Below, piece by piece: positions 52,631-62,344 of a stretch of DNA of 64,000 nucleotides (positions are counted from its first letter, which is position 1; each line of letters begins with the position of its first letter). The stretch is from an uncultured delta proteobacterium. Lineage in GTDB: Bacteria; Desulfobacterota; Binatia; UBA9968. The position numbers were made by a program, and so were the translations under genes. The notes beneath the pieces were generated by a model. It searched no databases, was not told the origin of the DNA, and saw nothing but the letters and a program-made list of their open reading frames with translations. The stretch spans positions 352,001-416,000 of the forward strand of contig CAVUZH010000022.1 of the NCBI GenBank assembly GCA_963745835.1, written 5' to 3'.

Positions 52631-53419
52631 ATGCATCGAAAACTGTTGATTTTATCCGGTATCGTTTTTAGCGGTACGATTGCACTCAACGGCAATCTGG
52701 TATGGTCACAAACCAAAGGCTCGAGCGGGTCGCCGGGCCCTGCAGGACAGGAAAGTTCGGACAGACCGTCGAGCCAAAAGGGCAGCAGCGCGTCCTCGGC
52801 ACCATCAAGCAGTCAGGATAAAAGTGGTTCTGCTACAGGATCAAGCAAATCCGGTAGCGGGAGTCAGATGGATCGGGCAGGAGGCAGCGGCAGCATGAGC
52901 GGACAATCCAGCGCGCGAGGTATGGGCGGACAATCCAGCGAAAACATCAAGCAGGTTCAGGAAGCGCTAAAAAACAAGGGACACGATCCAGGTCCGGCAG
53001 ACGGAGTGATGGGACCCAAAACGCAGCAAGCTCTGCGTGCCTTTCAAAAAGAGAGTGGTATGCAGGCAACTGGACGCCTCGACGATAAGACCGCCAGCGC
53101 ACTTGGAGTGGATGCTTCGGGTAGCGGAAAAGGTTCCTCGTCCAGCGGAGCTTCGTCGAGCAGCGACAAAAGCTCGTCGGGAAGCGGAGCTTCTTCATCG
53201 GGGCGTAGCTCGTCGAGCGAGAAGTCATCCTCTGGCGGGTCCTCTACTAGCCCGTCAAGCAGTGGATCTTCCGGCAGCTCATTGGGCACCGGCGGTTCAT
53301 CGGGGAGCGACGCTTCGGGCAGCGGCTCATCTAAAAGCGGTTCCGGCGGATCGTCGAGTGGCGGCTCATCCAAGAGTGATTCCAGCAGCGGATCGAGCAG
53401 TGGCTCTTCCGGCAAATAA
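52631..53419 (+). CDS. Secreted peptidoglycan-binding (PG_binding_1) protein flanked by Ser/Gly-rich disordered regions
   Basis: Signal peptide and IKQVQEALKNKGHDPGPADGVMGPKTQQALRAFQ..TGRLD..T..ALG. AAAGGAG RBS. Confidence 0.9.
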   Translation: MHRKLLILSGIVFSGTIALNGNLVWSQTKGSSGSPGPAGQESSDRPSSQKGSSASSAPSSSQDKSGSATGSSKSGSGSQMDRAGGSGSMSGQSSARGMGGQSSENIKQVQEALKNKGHDPGPADGVMGPKTQQALRAFQKESGMQATGRLDDKTASALGVDASGSGKGSSSSGASSSSDKSSSGSGASSSGRSSSSEKSSSGGSSTSPSSSGSSGSSLGTGGSSGSDASGSGSSKSGSGGSSSGGSSKSDSSSGSSSGSSGK

Positions 53420-53572
53420 TCGTCGAGTACGAAGTCATGAGGTGATAAGCGCGTGGCGTTGCGTTTATCTCTACTTGGCTCCAGTCGACTGGCGCCAATC
53501 AGCCTACACAAGCAGGGAGGCCCAAGGCTTCCCTGCTGTAGCTTTGCAGCTCTCAAGCACTGAAATGTTTTC

Positions 53573-54661
53573 TCACGGAGCTTTCAAATGGAGCAGCTTG
53601 CGAGTGTAGCCTTCAAGCTCCGCGGCCCGGCGCGACGCCGTGTGTTCAGACAGAACGCGCTCACGGGCTCGTTGCCCGATGTGGTCACGTTCTTGGGCGC
53701 TTAGTTCGAATAGGTATTCGAGCGTCTTTTCCGGTGAGTCGGCTACCAGAATCTCATCCCCCACCTTGAAAAAAGCATCCAGCCCCTCCCACCAATCGCT
53801 GATAATCGGGCAACCACAGGCAGCCGCTTCAAACAGCCGGATACTTGGTGAATAACCGGCGTCAACCATATTGGCCCGAGTTATATTGAGAGTAAAAGTT
53901 TGTTGGTTGTAAAAAGCTGGATGCGCGCATGGCGCCAGATGCTCGATGCGCTCAACATTTGTAGGCCACTCGATGGAACTGGGATACTGCGGGCCGGCAA
54001 CCACCATGCGAGCATCGGAGCAACGGCTGGCCGGATCGAGCAGCAGCTCTTGCAGACCCTGTTGGCGATCGGCGCTGTAAGTTCCCATGTAGCCCAAATC
54101 CCACCGCTTTGGCAGCGCCAGCGGTCTGTATAGATCGGCATCGACAGCGCAATACAGCGCTCGCGCCATCGGTGCGCCATAGTGCAGTTCCAGCTGCTCT
54201 AGGATCGGCCCTCCGGTAAACGAGAGATACAGCTGGTATTGTGGGATTAGGTCGGCGGAAAGGTAAAAAGAATCGCCGCGCTCCACAGAAGCCAGAGTCA
54301 CCGGCGTGTCGATATCATAAAAGGCCGTGATGCCGCGGGCGGTTTCCATGACCCACCGGCCAAGCTCAATTCCGTCTGGGACATACGAGCCTACCACCAC
54401 CAGATCGGCGTCGCGCACCATATCGTAAAAACGTTTCCTGAGTTGGTCCAAGCTGCGGTAGAGAAACGTTCCCCCCCGACGCGCATGGATTTGATCGCGA
54501 GCGGCGGCATACCAGGGCATATCGCGTTCGAGAAATAAAACCTGATGGCCGCGCTGTTCGAGTCCGCGCACCAGAGCTCGGTAAGTGGTCGCATGTCCAT
54601 TGCCCCAGGACGAAGTAATCGAAAGACCGAGGATCACAATGTTGAGCGGTTGAGTAGTCAT
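53573..54661 (-). CDS. CgeB-family (spore maturation protein-like) glycosyltransferase
   Basis: SSWGNGHATTYR, FYDIDTP, GYSPSIRLFEAAACG and EHT..RA..LE. Confidence 0.88.
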   Translation of the reverse strand: MTTQPLNIVILGLSITSSWGNGHATTYRALVRGLEQRGHQVLFLERDMPWYAAARDQIHARRGGTFLYRSLDQLRKRFYDMVRDADLVVVGSYVPDGIELGRWVMETARGITAFYDIDTPVTLASVERGDSFYLSADLIPQYQLYLSFTGGPILEQLELHYGAPMARALYCAVDADLYRPLALPKRWDLGYMGTYSADRQQGLQELLLDPASRCSDARMVVAGPQYPSSIEWPTNVERIEHLAPCAHPAFYNQQTFTLNITRANMVDAGYSPSIRLFEAAACGCPIISDWWEGLDAFFKVGDEILVADSPEKTLEYLFELSAQERDHIGQRARERVLSEHTASRRAAELEGYTRKLLHLKAP

Positions 54662-55731
54662 AGACTCTGCAGCAACGATTCCAGCTCAGCGGCCCGGTGC
54701 GCATAAGTATGCTCGCCGAGGATTCGGCGCAAAGCAGCTTGCCCGATCTCTTTAGCTTGGGCTCTCGTTAAATGACGCAGCTGTTCACCGACCTCGTCGC
54801 CATCGTTGGCAACTAAACACTCGCGGTCCGGCTCGAGAAAATCTTCGATGCCATCCCAAGCATCGGTAATCAGACAGCCGGCGGCGCCGGCGACCTCGAA
54901 CAGACGAGTCGGCGGAGAGTAGCCGCAGCGCGCCATGCTTTCCCGGCAGACATTCAGAACGGCCATGGGCGTTGAATTGAAGGCGTTGTGTGCTGCGGTA
55001 TAGACGTGGCCAAGATAGGCGACATTGGCATAAGCCGGCACCGCATCGTCCCAACCGCTGCCACCGAGAATAAAGCGCATGCGTGGATTGGCTTGGGCCG
55101 GTTTGAAAAAGAATTCGAAGACCCGCGCCTCGCGATCCGGCAGGCGATTGCCGAGAAAGCTCAGCGCGCCGTCATAGCTCGAATCGGCAGGCGCGGGATG
55201 ATGCGTGCGGGGGTCCAACGCGTTGTATATTGGAAAGCATCGCTGCGCGCCAAGTTGCTTATAACTCTGCACCACCGCATCGCCACCGCCATAGGTAAGA
55301 ACCAGATCGTAGAGCGGAATCAGCGAGCGAAACGGATGGGCCTCGTCCCGACCGATTCGTTCCAGTGTCGCCGCGGCATCGACATCCCAAAAGGCAACAA
55401 TGCTGTCAGGGCGGCGCAACTCCAGAACAGTTTGTTCCAGGAGCGCATCGAAGACACCGACGCCGCTGGCCTTCACCAACAAATCCGATTCGCGCGCGGC
55501 TTTCTTGACCATCTCGATAACGGCTGACTCCCCGTCAACCGCATACACCACCGTCTGCGCGTAGGCCGTTTCGGTGAGATCTCGGTGCCGCTGCCGGTCC
55601 CAAGCATCAGGCTCATAAAAAACAATCTGATGCCCCCGCTCAAAGAGCGCGCTCAAAATTCCCCGGTAATAGGTCGCCGCGCCGTTCCAGTACGCCGACA
55701 GCAAACTCGATCCGAAAAACGCAATCTTCAT
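54658..55731 (-). CDS. CgeB-family glycosyltransferase
   Basis: SAYWNGAATYYRG, FWDVDA, GNRLPDRE, GYSPPTRLFE and HTYAHRA. Confidence 0.88.
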   Translation of the reverse strand: MKIAFFGSSLLSAYWNGAATYYRGILSALFERGHQIVFYEPDAWDRQRHRDLTETAYAQTVVYAVDGESAVIEMVKKAARESDLLVKASGVGVFDALLEQTVLELRRPDSIVAFWDVDAAATLERIGRDEAHPFRSLIPLYDLVLTYGGGDAVVQSYKQLGAQRCFPIYNALDPRTHHPAPADSSYDGALSFLGNRLPDREARVFEFFFKPAQANPRMRFILGGSGWDDAVPAYANVAYLGHVYTAAHNAFNSTPMAVLNVCRESMARCGYSPPTRLFEVAGAAGCLITDAWDGIEDFLEPDRECLVANDGDEVGEQLRHLTRAQAKEIGQAALRRILGEHTYAHRAAELESLLQSL

Positions 55732-56867
55732 AGGTGCTTCTCGGGCGGTTGCTCCATCGCGTGATCTGATGGGACCGGCGAGTCGATGCGGTGGTAGATC
55801 TCGATCAGTTCGTCGAGCCGGTGGGCGCAGGTATGACGCTGCAGAATTGTCTTGCGCCCATGCGCCGACAATCGGCCGGCGAGTTGAGGATCGGCGAGCA
55901 GACGCTGCAGCTGCCGCTTCATCTCCGCACCGTCACGGGCGACCAGATAATCCTCGCCAGGGGTGAATAGATGTTCGCTGTCTTCCCAGGGCGCGCAAAC
56001 CAGAGGAATGCGGCAGGCCAGCGCTTCAAATGGACGAATGGTCGGAACACCGGGCAAAGCTTTGACGTAGGGCCGGCGCGGGATGTGAACCGTGACTCGG
56101 AAGCGGGCCAATGTGGCGGGCACTTGGAAGTTGGGCAACCAGCCGCCGTACTCGATACACGCGGCTGAAAGCGCTGCCAATGCTTCTGCCGGATAACGGA
56201 CGCCGTAAACGCGCGCTTTGAGACCCAGCGCTTTTACCGGCTCAAGAAGAAACTCATAGAGTTCCGCCGTGCGTTCTTCATCGCCCCAGTTGCCGATCCA
56301 GACCAGATCGCCCTCTTTTTCCTCATCGGGCAGCGGCATGAAAACTCTCGTGTCCGCGGCTTCATGCCACACCCAAACACGCTTGGCACAATTGCGCGAG
56401 CGATAAATTTCCGCAATTGCTTTACCGAAAACGAGAACACCATCATAGTCCGCCAAGTCGTAGGCCGCCATTTTCTCGGGTTCGGTAACGGACCGATGAT
56501 GCGTGTCATGAAACAGCAAGCGGTAATCGCCCTTGATTCTATGGTGCGCGCCGATTCGCCGGACCAAGGCCGGGTCATTCCATTCGTGAACGATGACGAG
56601 ATCGATCCGATCGAGCGCGCGATCCAGATCGAGAGTTGCCGGATCGTAAAAGGTGCTGCGCAAGCCGGGATAGATCTGTCGGAATGCCTCGACCGGCGCT
56701 TGGCCGTGCTCTCGCACTAAATTTGTACGACTCCATCCGTCGGCCGGTTCAAAGATCCGCAGCGTATGGCCGCGCCGCTGAACCTCCCAGGCGACACCGC
56801 GCAAGAAGTGCGCGTTGCCGTGATTCCAGTCCGACACCAGCGAATGAATAAAAAGAGCGATATTCAT
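55728..56867 (-). CDS. CgeB-family glycosyltransferase
   Basis: SDWNHGNAHFLRG, FHDTHHR, GNWGDEER, PTIRPFEALAC and HTCAHR. Confidence 0.88.
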   Translation of the reverse strand: MNIALFIHSLVSDWNHGNAHFLRGVAWEVQRRGHTLRIFEPADGWSRTNLVREHGQAPVEAFRQIYPGLRSTFYDPATLDLDRALDRIDLVIVHEWNDPALVRRIGAHHRIKGDYRLLFHDTHHRSVTEPEKMAAYDLADYDGVLVFGKAIAEIYRSRNCAKRVWVWHEAADTRVFMPLPDEEKEGDLVWIGNWGDEERTAELYEFLLEPVKALGLKARVYGVRYPAEALAALSAACIEYGGWLPNFQVPATLARFRVTVHIPRRPYVKALPGVPTIRPFEALACRIPLVCAPWEDSEHLFTPGEDYLVARDGAEMKRQLQRLLADPQLAGRLSAHGRKTILQRHTCAHRLDELIEIYHRIDSPVPSDHAMEQPPEKHL

Positions 56868-57994
56868 GACGGGTATTCGCCGTGGGTTGTTTCTTCCGAG
56901 AACAGGCCCCGTTGCGCCCGCAGCAGTTTGGCGTAGATCTCCAAATATGCCCGCGCCATCCGCTCCGGTGAAAACGAATCCGCCCGTTTTCTCGCGCGCC
57001 GGGAGAAATCCTCGCGTAAGGATGGGTTTGCAATCAATTCGACAAGCGTCGCGCGAATATGCTCGGGATCGTCCGGTCGAATAAAAAGCGCGGCGTCATG
57101 CCAGATTTCGCGCAGGCTTTCAGTGTCCCCCAAAACCACAGCGCAGCCGCAGAGCGCCGCCTCCAGCGCGGATAAGCCAAACGGCTCGTAGCGAGCCGGC
57201 AAAATAAAAATCGCCGCGCGGCGAAACCACTGCCCGAGCATTTCCGGATCGAGGCGGCCTAGTAAATTCGGACCCTCCACAAGCGCCTGTTTTCCGTCGG
57301 GCGCGCGGCTCTCTCCGGCGGCATAAATCGGCCAGGGAACCTTTCCGACGATCGAGTTCAGGCTCGCAATGTTCTTGGCCTCGTCCCACAGGCGACCGGC
57401 GGTAAAGATGTAGTCTTCCTTTTTCCCGGGAGCGAAGCGCGCGCCGCTGCGACCGTTGTAAATTGGCTCTGCTGCGGCAAAGCGTCCATAATGTTTTTCC
57501 AAGGACGACAGCATCGAGCGGCTAGGCGCCGTCACTAAATCGGCGCCTTGCAGACCCAATCGCACGGCTTCCCGGTAAGATCGCCATTCCGGGCCAGGCG
57601 GCGCGCCTTTGACGGCTTCGAACCACGAGTAAACACACGAGTGGCCGACCACCAGAACCGGAACATTCCAGGGAATGGCGCCGTGGCTATATTGATTTAG
57701 ATGGATCAGGCTTGGTTGAAAGCGCGCTTCTAGATCGAGCAACCATTGTCCGGCGGCTTTCACATCGCTGCACGGCTCGTTCATCCACTCGAGCTTGTAG
57801 CTGCTCTCGCGCAGCTCGACGTTCTGCAAATCGCAAATCAATGCTCGCTCGCCGCGCTCGAGCTGCCTTCCCATGGTTGCCAGCACCACGTTGACGTCTC
57901 TCTTGGCCAGTTCCCGGCAAAGCTCCAGCGAGTATTGCCAAACTCCGCCGATGGGATCGGCGGTCATCAGTATCGGTCGCGTCGGTAACACCAC
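56864..57994 (-). CDS. GT4 family glycosyltransferase
   Basis: MTADPIGGVWQY, AGRLWDEAKN and RYEPFGLSALEAA. Confidence 0.9.
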   Translation of the reverse strand: MVLPTRPILMTADPIGGVWQYSLELCRELAKRDVNVVLATMGRQLERGERALICDLQNVELRESSYKLEWMNEPCSDVKAAGQWLLDLEARFQPSLIHLNQYSHGAIPWNVPVLVVGHSCVYSWFEAVKGAPPGPEWRSYREAVRLGLQGADLVTAPSRSMLSSLEKHYGRFAAAEPIYNGRSGARFAPGKKEDYIFTAGRLWDEAKNIASLNSIVGKVPWPIYAAGESRAPDGKQALVEGPNLLGRLDPEMLGQWFRRAAIFILPARYEPFGLSALEAALCGCAVVLGDTESLREIWHDAALFIRPDDPEHIRATLVELIANPSLREDFSRRARKRADSFSPERMARAYLEIYAKLLRAQRGLFSEETTHGEYPS

Positions 57995-58012
57995 TCGCAG
58001 TATTCCTCCCGT

Positions 58013-59065
58013 TCAATCAGAGACATTCTGCCGGTAAATTTCGTCGATTACTTCAGCCACCAGGTGCGCGGGTTCAATCCGCGCATCAAAGGTCGGGTCG
58101 ACGCTCAGCTGCTCGGCCCAGGCAACCGCGGCGCGCCCGCCCCACGGATCCGGGGGCTGGTCGAGAAGCATCCGACTGGTGCCTTGAAAACGTTCGGCAC
58201 GAAAATCGTAGAAAGAACCGCCGACGTTTTTTACGGACAAACCGCCTGCGGTGCCGAAGAAAGATGCGCTAATCAACGCATCGCGTCCCGCCGGCAGTCG
58301 CCAGGAGCAGGCCAGGTTGACGGTCGCGCCGGTCGTCAGATCCAGGCGCGCCAGAGCATAATCTTCGAGAGCGCCTGCCCGCCCCGGCACCGGTCTGCCC
58401 TGGCTGAACAAGCGGCTCGAAACTTTCTCAACGACAGGGAAATCGAGCATCCATAACGCCAGATCAATCAGGTGAATGCCCAGATCGATCATGCAACCGC
58501 CACCGGAAAATTTGCGGTCGTAGTACCAAGCTTTGTCTGGCCCATACGCATTATGAAAGACAAGATCAGCAACATAGATTGTGCCGATCTCCCCTGCGCT
58601 GATCATCTGTTTGATTTTTTGAACGCCGCGAACAAAGCGATAGGACAGGTCGACAGCTAAGAGCCGGTTCACCAGCCGCGCAGCCCGAATCACCCGCGCC
58701 GTCTCATCGGCGCTTCTTCCCAGCGGCTTCTGGCAGAAAACGGCCGTGTTGCTCTGCAGGGCGGCGATAGCTTGCTCGGCATGTAACGCCGTCGGCGTGG
58801 CGATCACCACACCATCGAGCTGCAATTCGAGCAAAGCATCCAGTGACGGCGCCGCCACTGCACCGGGAATTTGCGCGGCAACCTCGCTTGCGGCAGCGGT
58901 ATCGAAATCCGCCACCGCCGCGACTTGGACCGCGCCGCTTTCACAAATCGATTGCAGACGATGGCGGCCGATCCAGCCGACGCCGAGAAAACCCACTCGC
59001 GGCCGTAGTGAGGCGTCAGCAATGGGCAAGCAAGGTTCGGCCGATTTATCAAAGTGTCTAGTCAC
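58013..59065 (-). CDS. Gfo/Idh/MocA family oxidoreductase
   Basis: GFLGVGWIG, VIATP, FCQKPL, FHNAYGP and GGGCMIDLGIH. Start reassigned to GTG 59065. Confidence 0.87.
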   Translation of the reverse strand: MTRHFDKSAEPCLPIADASLRPRVGFLGVGWIGRHRLQSICESGAVQVAAVADFDTAAASEVAAQIPGAVAAPSLDALLELQLDGVVIATPTALHAEQAIAALQSNTAVFCQKPLGRSADETARVIRAARLVNRLLAVDLSYRFVRGVQKIKQMISAGEIGTIYVADLVFHNAYGPDKAWYYDRKFSGGGCMIDLGIHLIDLALWMLDFPVVEKVSSRLFSQGRPVPGRAGALEDYALARLDLTTGATVNLACSWRLPAGRDALISASFFGTAGGLSVKNVGGSFYDFRAERFQGTSRMLLDQPPDPWGGRAAVAWAEQLSVDPTFDARIEPAHLVAEVIDEIYRQNVSD

Positions 59066-59660
59066 TAATTTCTTCCGTGTTGTTGATGCAGAGAACCCGC
59101 GGCCCGTCCTGCTGCATGGCAACGATGCTGATCGATGCCGGACTGACTTCGAGCCGAAGCACAAGATCGAGCGGCATGCCCAAACAATGCGCCAGCGCGC
59201 CGCGGATAACGTCGGCATGACTGATCAGCGCAACGGTCATCGCCGGGTGGCGCCGGCACAGGAGCTCCATCAGGGCAAGCACACGGGCTTGAACCTCGAT
59301 CATCAGCTCGCCACCAGGAATGCGCGTGCAGCTACGCAGCGAATTGAAATCGCGCCATTGGGCGATGCCGCGCAAGTCGTCGAAGCTCTGCCCGCTCCAT
59401 TCGCCATAGTCGATCTCGTCGAGCTGCGGTGCGATCGTGACAGTCTCGCCAGAAAGCTCCGCCAAGAACTCTGCGGTCTCCCGCGCTCTTGGTTGAGGAC
59501 TGCTGTAGATTTTACCGATCCCCAGCTGCTTCAAGGAATGCACCAAGCGTTGGCCCTGAACTTTGCCGGCGGCGCTCAGATGCACGTTCGCATCCCGGCC
59601 GGCAAGACGACTTGGAACGCAGTCGGTGGCAGCGTGCCGGACAAAGATCAACCGTGTCAT
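59058..59660 (-). CDS. Histidine phosphatase (phosphoglycerate mutase) family protein
   Basis: FVRHA, YSSP..RA.ETA, LDEIDYGEW and ISHADVIR. ATG 59660 coupled to the upstream stop. Confidence 0.88.
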   Translation of the reverse strand: MTRLIFVRHAATDCVPSRLAGRDANVHLSAAGKVQGQRLVHSLKQLGIGKIYSSPQPRARETAEFLAELSGETVTIAPQLDEIDYGEWSGQSFDDLRGIAQWRDFNSLRSCTRIPGGELMIEVQARVLALMELLCRRHPAMTVALISHADVIRGALAHCLGMPLDLVLRLEVSPASISIVAMQQDGPRVLCINNTEEISD

Positions 59661-60349
59661 GGCGCGCCACATAGCTCGGCGCAGAGCTCGGTCAATGAAC
59701 TGACCACCTGGACTGTTGCCGGGCGTTGCGTTCGGCGTCGATCGAGCCAAACGCCCCGCATGCCCGCTGCCTGGCTCGCCAGCGCATCGACGTGAAGGCG
59801 ATCGCCGACATAGATCGATTGTTCGGCCGCACAACCGGCGATTCGGCAGGCAGCGCGAAAAATATCGGGATGTGGCTTAGCGGCGCCCACCTCCTGTGAC
59901 ACCACAGTCACCGCAAAGAAAGCCGCGATGCCGGTTTCTGCCAGCTTGCGCTTTTGGTGCTCGGCGCTGCCGTTGGAAATGATGCCGATAGGGTGCTGCG
60001 ATAACGCTTGCAGGCAAGGCAGCACGTCGTCGAACAGAGTCCAATGCCGGCGATAGTGCCGCTCGTAGAGCGCAAAGCAGTCATCGGCTTCGCGATCGGA
60101 GAGCTCCCAACCGATGCGACCGAACAACTCGCGCACTCGCAACCGGCGCTGCTCTTCGCTGGTAATGACGCCGGCGAAGAACGCGCGCGCATGCTTGTCG
60201 CGCAAGAAATCCCAAATCCGGCAGAAGCTGACCACCGAATAATTTCGACCCAGCGAATCGTGATAGACCGCCAGCAACTCGCGCGCAGCCGCTGCTTCGG
60301 CTTTTCGCTGGTCAATCAGGGTCTGATCGATATCGAAGAAGATCATCAT
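59657..60349 (-). CDS. HAD-superfamily hydrolase
   Basis: FFDIDQTL, IISNG, KPHPDIF and YVGDRL..D. Confidence 0.88.
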   Translation of the reverse strand: MMIFFDIDQTLIDQRKAEAAAARELLAVYHDSLGRNYSVVSFCRIWDFLRDKHARAFFAGVITSEEQRRLRVRELFGRIGWELSDREADDCFALYERHYRRHWTLFDDVLPCLQALSQHPIGIISNGSAEHQKRKLAETGIAAFFAVTVVSQEVGAAKPHPDIFRAACRIAGCAAEQSIYVGDRLHVDALASQAAGMRGVWLDRRRTQRPATVQVVSSLTELCAELCGAP

Positions 60350-60413
60350 TGCTGCGCAAGGTTTCAAATTGATTCGAGTGAGCCCCTGAATGCCGCCCTG
60401 CTTTCCTGCTAGA

Positions 60414-60959
60414 CTATTCGCGGCTTGTTTGAGAAACCTCCCATTCCATTGCCCTCGGGCGCAGGCGCTTGCGAAAAATCCACAGTTGGAGATTCAGCGC
60501 CACGAATTTTTTTTCCGGTGTAGTGTAACTGAGCAGCCCTTCGGTGGAACCCGCAGAGCGATAACCCAGACGCTCGTAAAGCCGGCGCGCGCGCGGCTCT
60601 TGTTGATCCACCGTCAGCTCGCTCCAACGATAACCTCGCTCGAGCAGCAACCGTTCCGCGGCAATCATTAGACGGGAGCCGATGCCGTGATTGCGCAACA
60701 GTGGAAACACCCGCAGCGCCCATATCACGCCCACCGAATCGGTTTCTCGAACGCTCAGATCGAGCCATGCCTGACCGACCGGAAAATCGTCGAGATCAGC
60801 CACCAGCATCATCACCTCGCCAGCTTGCTGACGTCGAAAAGCCTCCTCGATCAGTTGGCGATATTCAGTATAGAGGCCGAACCATTCGAGCTGTGGCAAA
60901 TCCTGGCGCGCGCATTGGCGAATCTTCAGCTCTAGCTCTAAAGAGAAGCGACTTTTCAT
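60414..60959 (-). CDS. GNAT family N-acetyltransferase
   Basis: RVFPLLRNHGIGSRLM and ARRLYERLGY. Confidence 0.88.
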   Translation of the reverse strand: MKSRFSLELELKIRQCARQDLPQLEWFGLYTEYRQLIEEAFRRQQAGEVMMLVADLDDFPVGQAWLDLSVRETDSVGVIWALRVFPLLRNHGIGSRLMIAAERLLLERGYRWSELTVDQQEPRARRLYERLGYRSAGSTEGLLSYTTPEKKFVALNLQLWIFRKRLRPRAMEWEVSQTSRE

Positions 60960-60976
60960 TTCTTGCTTGGTAGTAC

Positions 60977-60998
60977 ACCATCCGGTACAGCGGATGGT
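60977..60998. other. Perfect 8-bp hairpin between the hypothetical gene and the GNAT gene
   Basis: ACCATCCG-GTACAG-CGGATGGT. Confidence 0.6.
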
Positions 60999-61004
60999 AA
61001 AGTC

Positions 61005-61403
61005 TCACCGGCTTCTCGAACCGCGTTTAGCGGCTTTGCGGCCGGTTTTCCTCGCGGCGGCCCCGCTGGATTTGCCCGCTGCGCTGCGCTTGCCGGCGGC
61101 GCGTGCGTCACACTCTCGCGGCTGACGATCTTGTTGAAATTACTCTTCTGCCCCCGCGCGGTGGTGTCCTGATAGACCAGAGCGAGTTTTTCACGATCGA
61201 ATTTTTCGAAGAATTCTTTCCACGAGATCTCCTCCAACGAACCGGAGCCGCTGTAGCCAGGAAAATCGATCCGCAGAATTCCACTATCATTCCCCTTTGC
61301 CGCGGGTGCTTTTCACGACCGCGGGGCGTCCGCCGCGGGCTTCGGCCCATTGACGGATTTCGCCGTGGTCGGTGACGGTTTTGGATTGGCTTCTACTGAC
61401 CAT
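61005..61403 (-). CDS. Conserved hypothetical protein (TDHxEIRQWAE..[21 protein letters not shown] type) with basic tail; two apparent frameshifts
   Basis: ATG 61403 with GAGGAGG RBS gives [31 protein letters not shown]. Removing one G at 61292-61295 continues [26 protein letters not shown] second shift near 61108 gives ARAAGKRS...[12 protein letters not shown] (stop 61005-61007). Confidence 0.72.
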
Positions 61404-62344
61404 GAGTCACCCTCCTCAGTGGATTTCTTTTTGGTCGATTCATTCGTTGCCGTTCCTGCCGAGCTATAACGATGCACCATACGCGCGCAGAAATCGGCGA
61501 ACTCTTCGATGCACTGCGGCGGGCTGGTATGGTGCGGCTGGACACCGCACGATTCCGGCGTAAAGCACATCGTCAAAGTAACATCGAACTCCTCAAGAGC
61601 GCGCATCTGCCGGTCAAACCATTCCATGGCCCCCGGGCGCAGGCTGTCTGACCAGCTCAAGCCGGTGCGTAGATAACGAACATTCAATTTGCGCAGCCAG
61701 CGCACCGCTTGATCCAGCCGGTAATCCTCGAAGTGAAACCATTGGCAAATACCGAGCCGGGGCGTGTACGGCGAAAAATGTTTGAGCGCCAGCTTGGGAG
61801 TGCCGTCCTCATGAAGCAGTCCCATGTAAAAGTGGCGGTAGTATGATGAGCCCTCGGCCTCGCGATGGCGTGTCGTGGCCGGCCACGCGCGCGGCAGATC
61901 ATACAGGCTATACCAGTGTATCCGCGGCGCCCGCTCAATCAGCAGATCGGCGGTGCGCTGCAAGCCCCACTCCTGGACTTCTTCGGCGCCGAAGCTCGAG
62001 ACGCCGACTTCTGAAACCCAGATCGGCAAATCCGTCACGGCGCGAATCTCATCGAGCTTTGCCGGCCACTCATGAATATTCCAGTGATTCCAGTCCAGCG
62101 GAAAACCATGAACCGCCACCGCGTCGAGACTTTCGAGCACGTGCTGTGACTGCATATTGCGGATGAAAGCGCCGTCTATCGGAGAAATGCCGCCGAGCAC
62201 CCGGAAAAGCCGGGGATTTTCAGCCGCTACGGCGGTCGCCGCGAGCTTGACCATTTCGCCATAGATCCGCCACTCCGGATCGAGCGAAAAATCCCAATGC
62301 GATTTGTTGTTGGGCTCGTTCCAAAACATTACCGCTTCGACCAT
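61313..62344 (-). CDS. Clan GH-A glycoside hydrolase-like protein (beta-xylosidase-like)
   Basis: FWNEPNN acid/base, AVHGFP and WVSEVG nucleophile. The C-terminal overlap with the next gene is suspicious, so the 3' end is uncertain. Confidence 0.8.
   Translation of the reverse strand: MVEAVMFWNEPNNKSHWDFSLDPEWRIYGEMVKLAATAVAAENPRLFRVLGGISPIDGAFIRNMQSQHVLESLDAVAVHGFPLDWNHWNIHEWPAKLDEIRAVTDLPIWVSEVGVSSFGAEEVQEWGLQRTADLLIERAPRIHWYSLYDLPRAWPATTRHREAEGSSYYRHFYMGLLHEDGTPKLALKHFSPYTPRLGICQWFHFEDYRLDQAVRWLRKLNVRYLRTGLSWSDSLRPGAMEWFDRQMRALEEFDVTLTMCFTPESCGVQPHHTSPPQCIEEFADFCARMVHRYSSAGTATNESTKKKSTEEGDSWSVEANPKPSPTTAKSVNGPKPAADAPRS

Noticed and set aside
53120-53415. Repetitive DNA as a possible CRISPR or tandem array
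   Set aside because: Degenerate Ser/Gly codon repeats with no constant repeat-spacer period and no cas genes.
53044-53556. Acidic Pro/Leu/Asp/Glu repeat ORF on the minus strand
   Set aside because: Mirror of the Ser/Gly codons of the PG-binding gene, which has the promoter, RBS and signal peptide.
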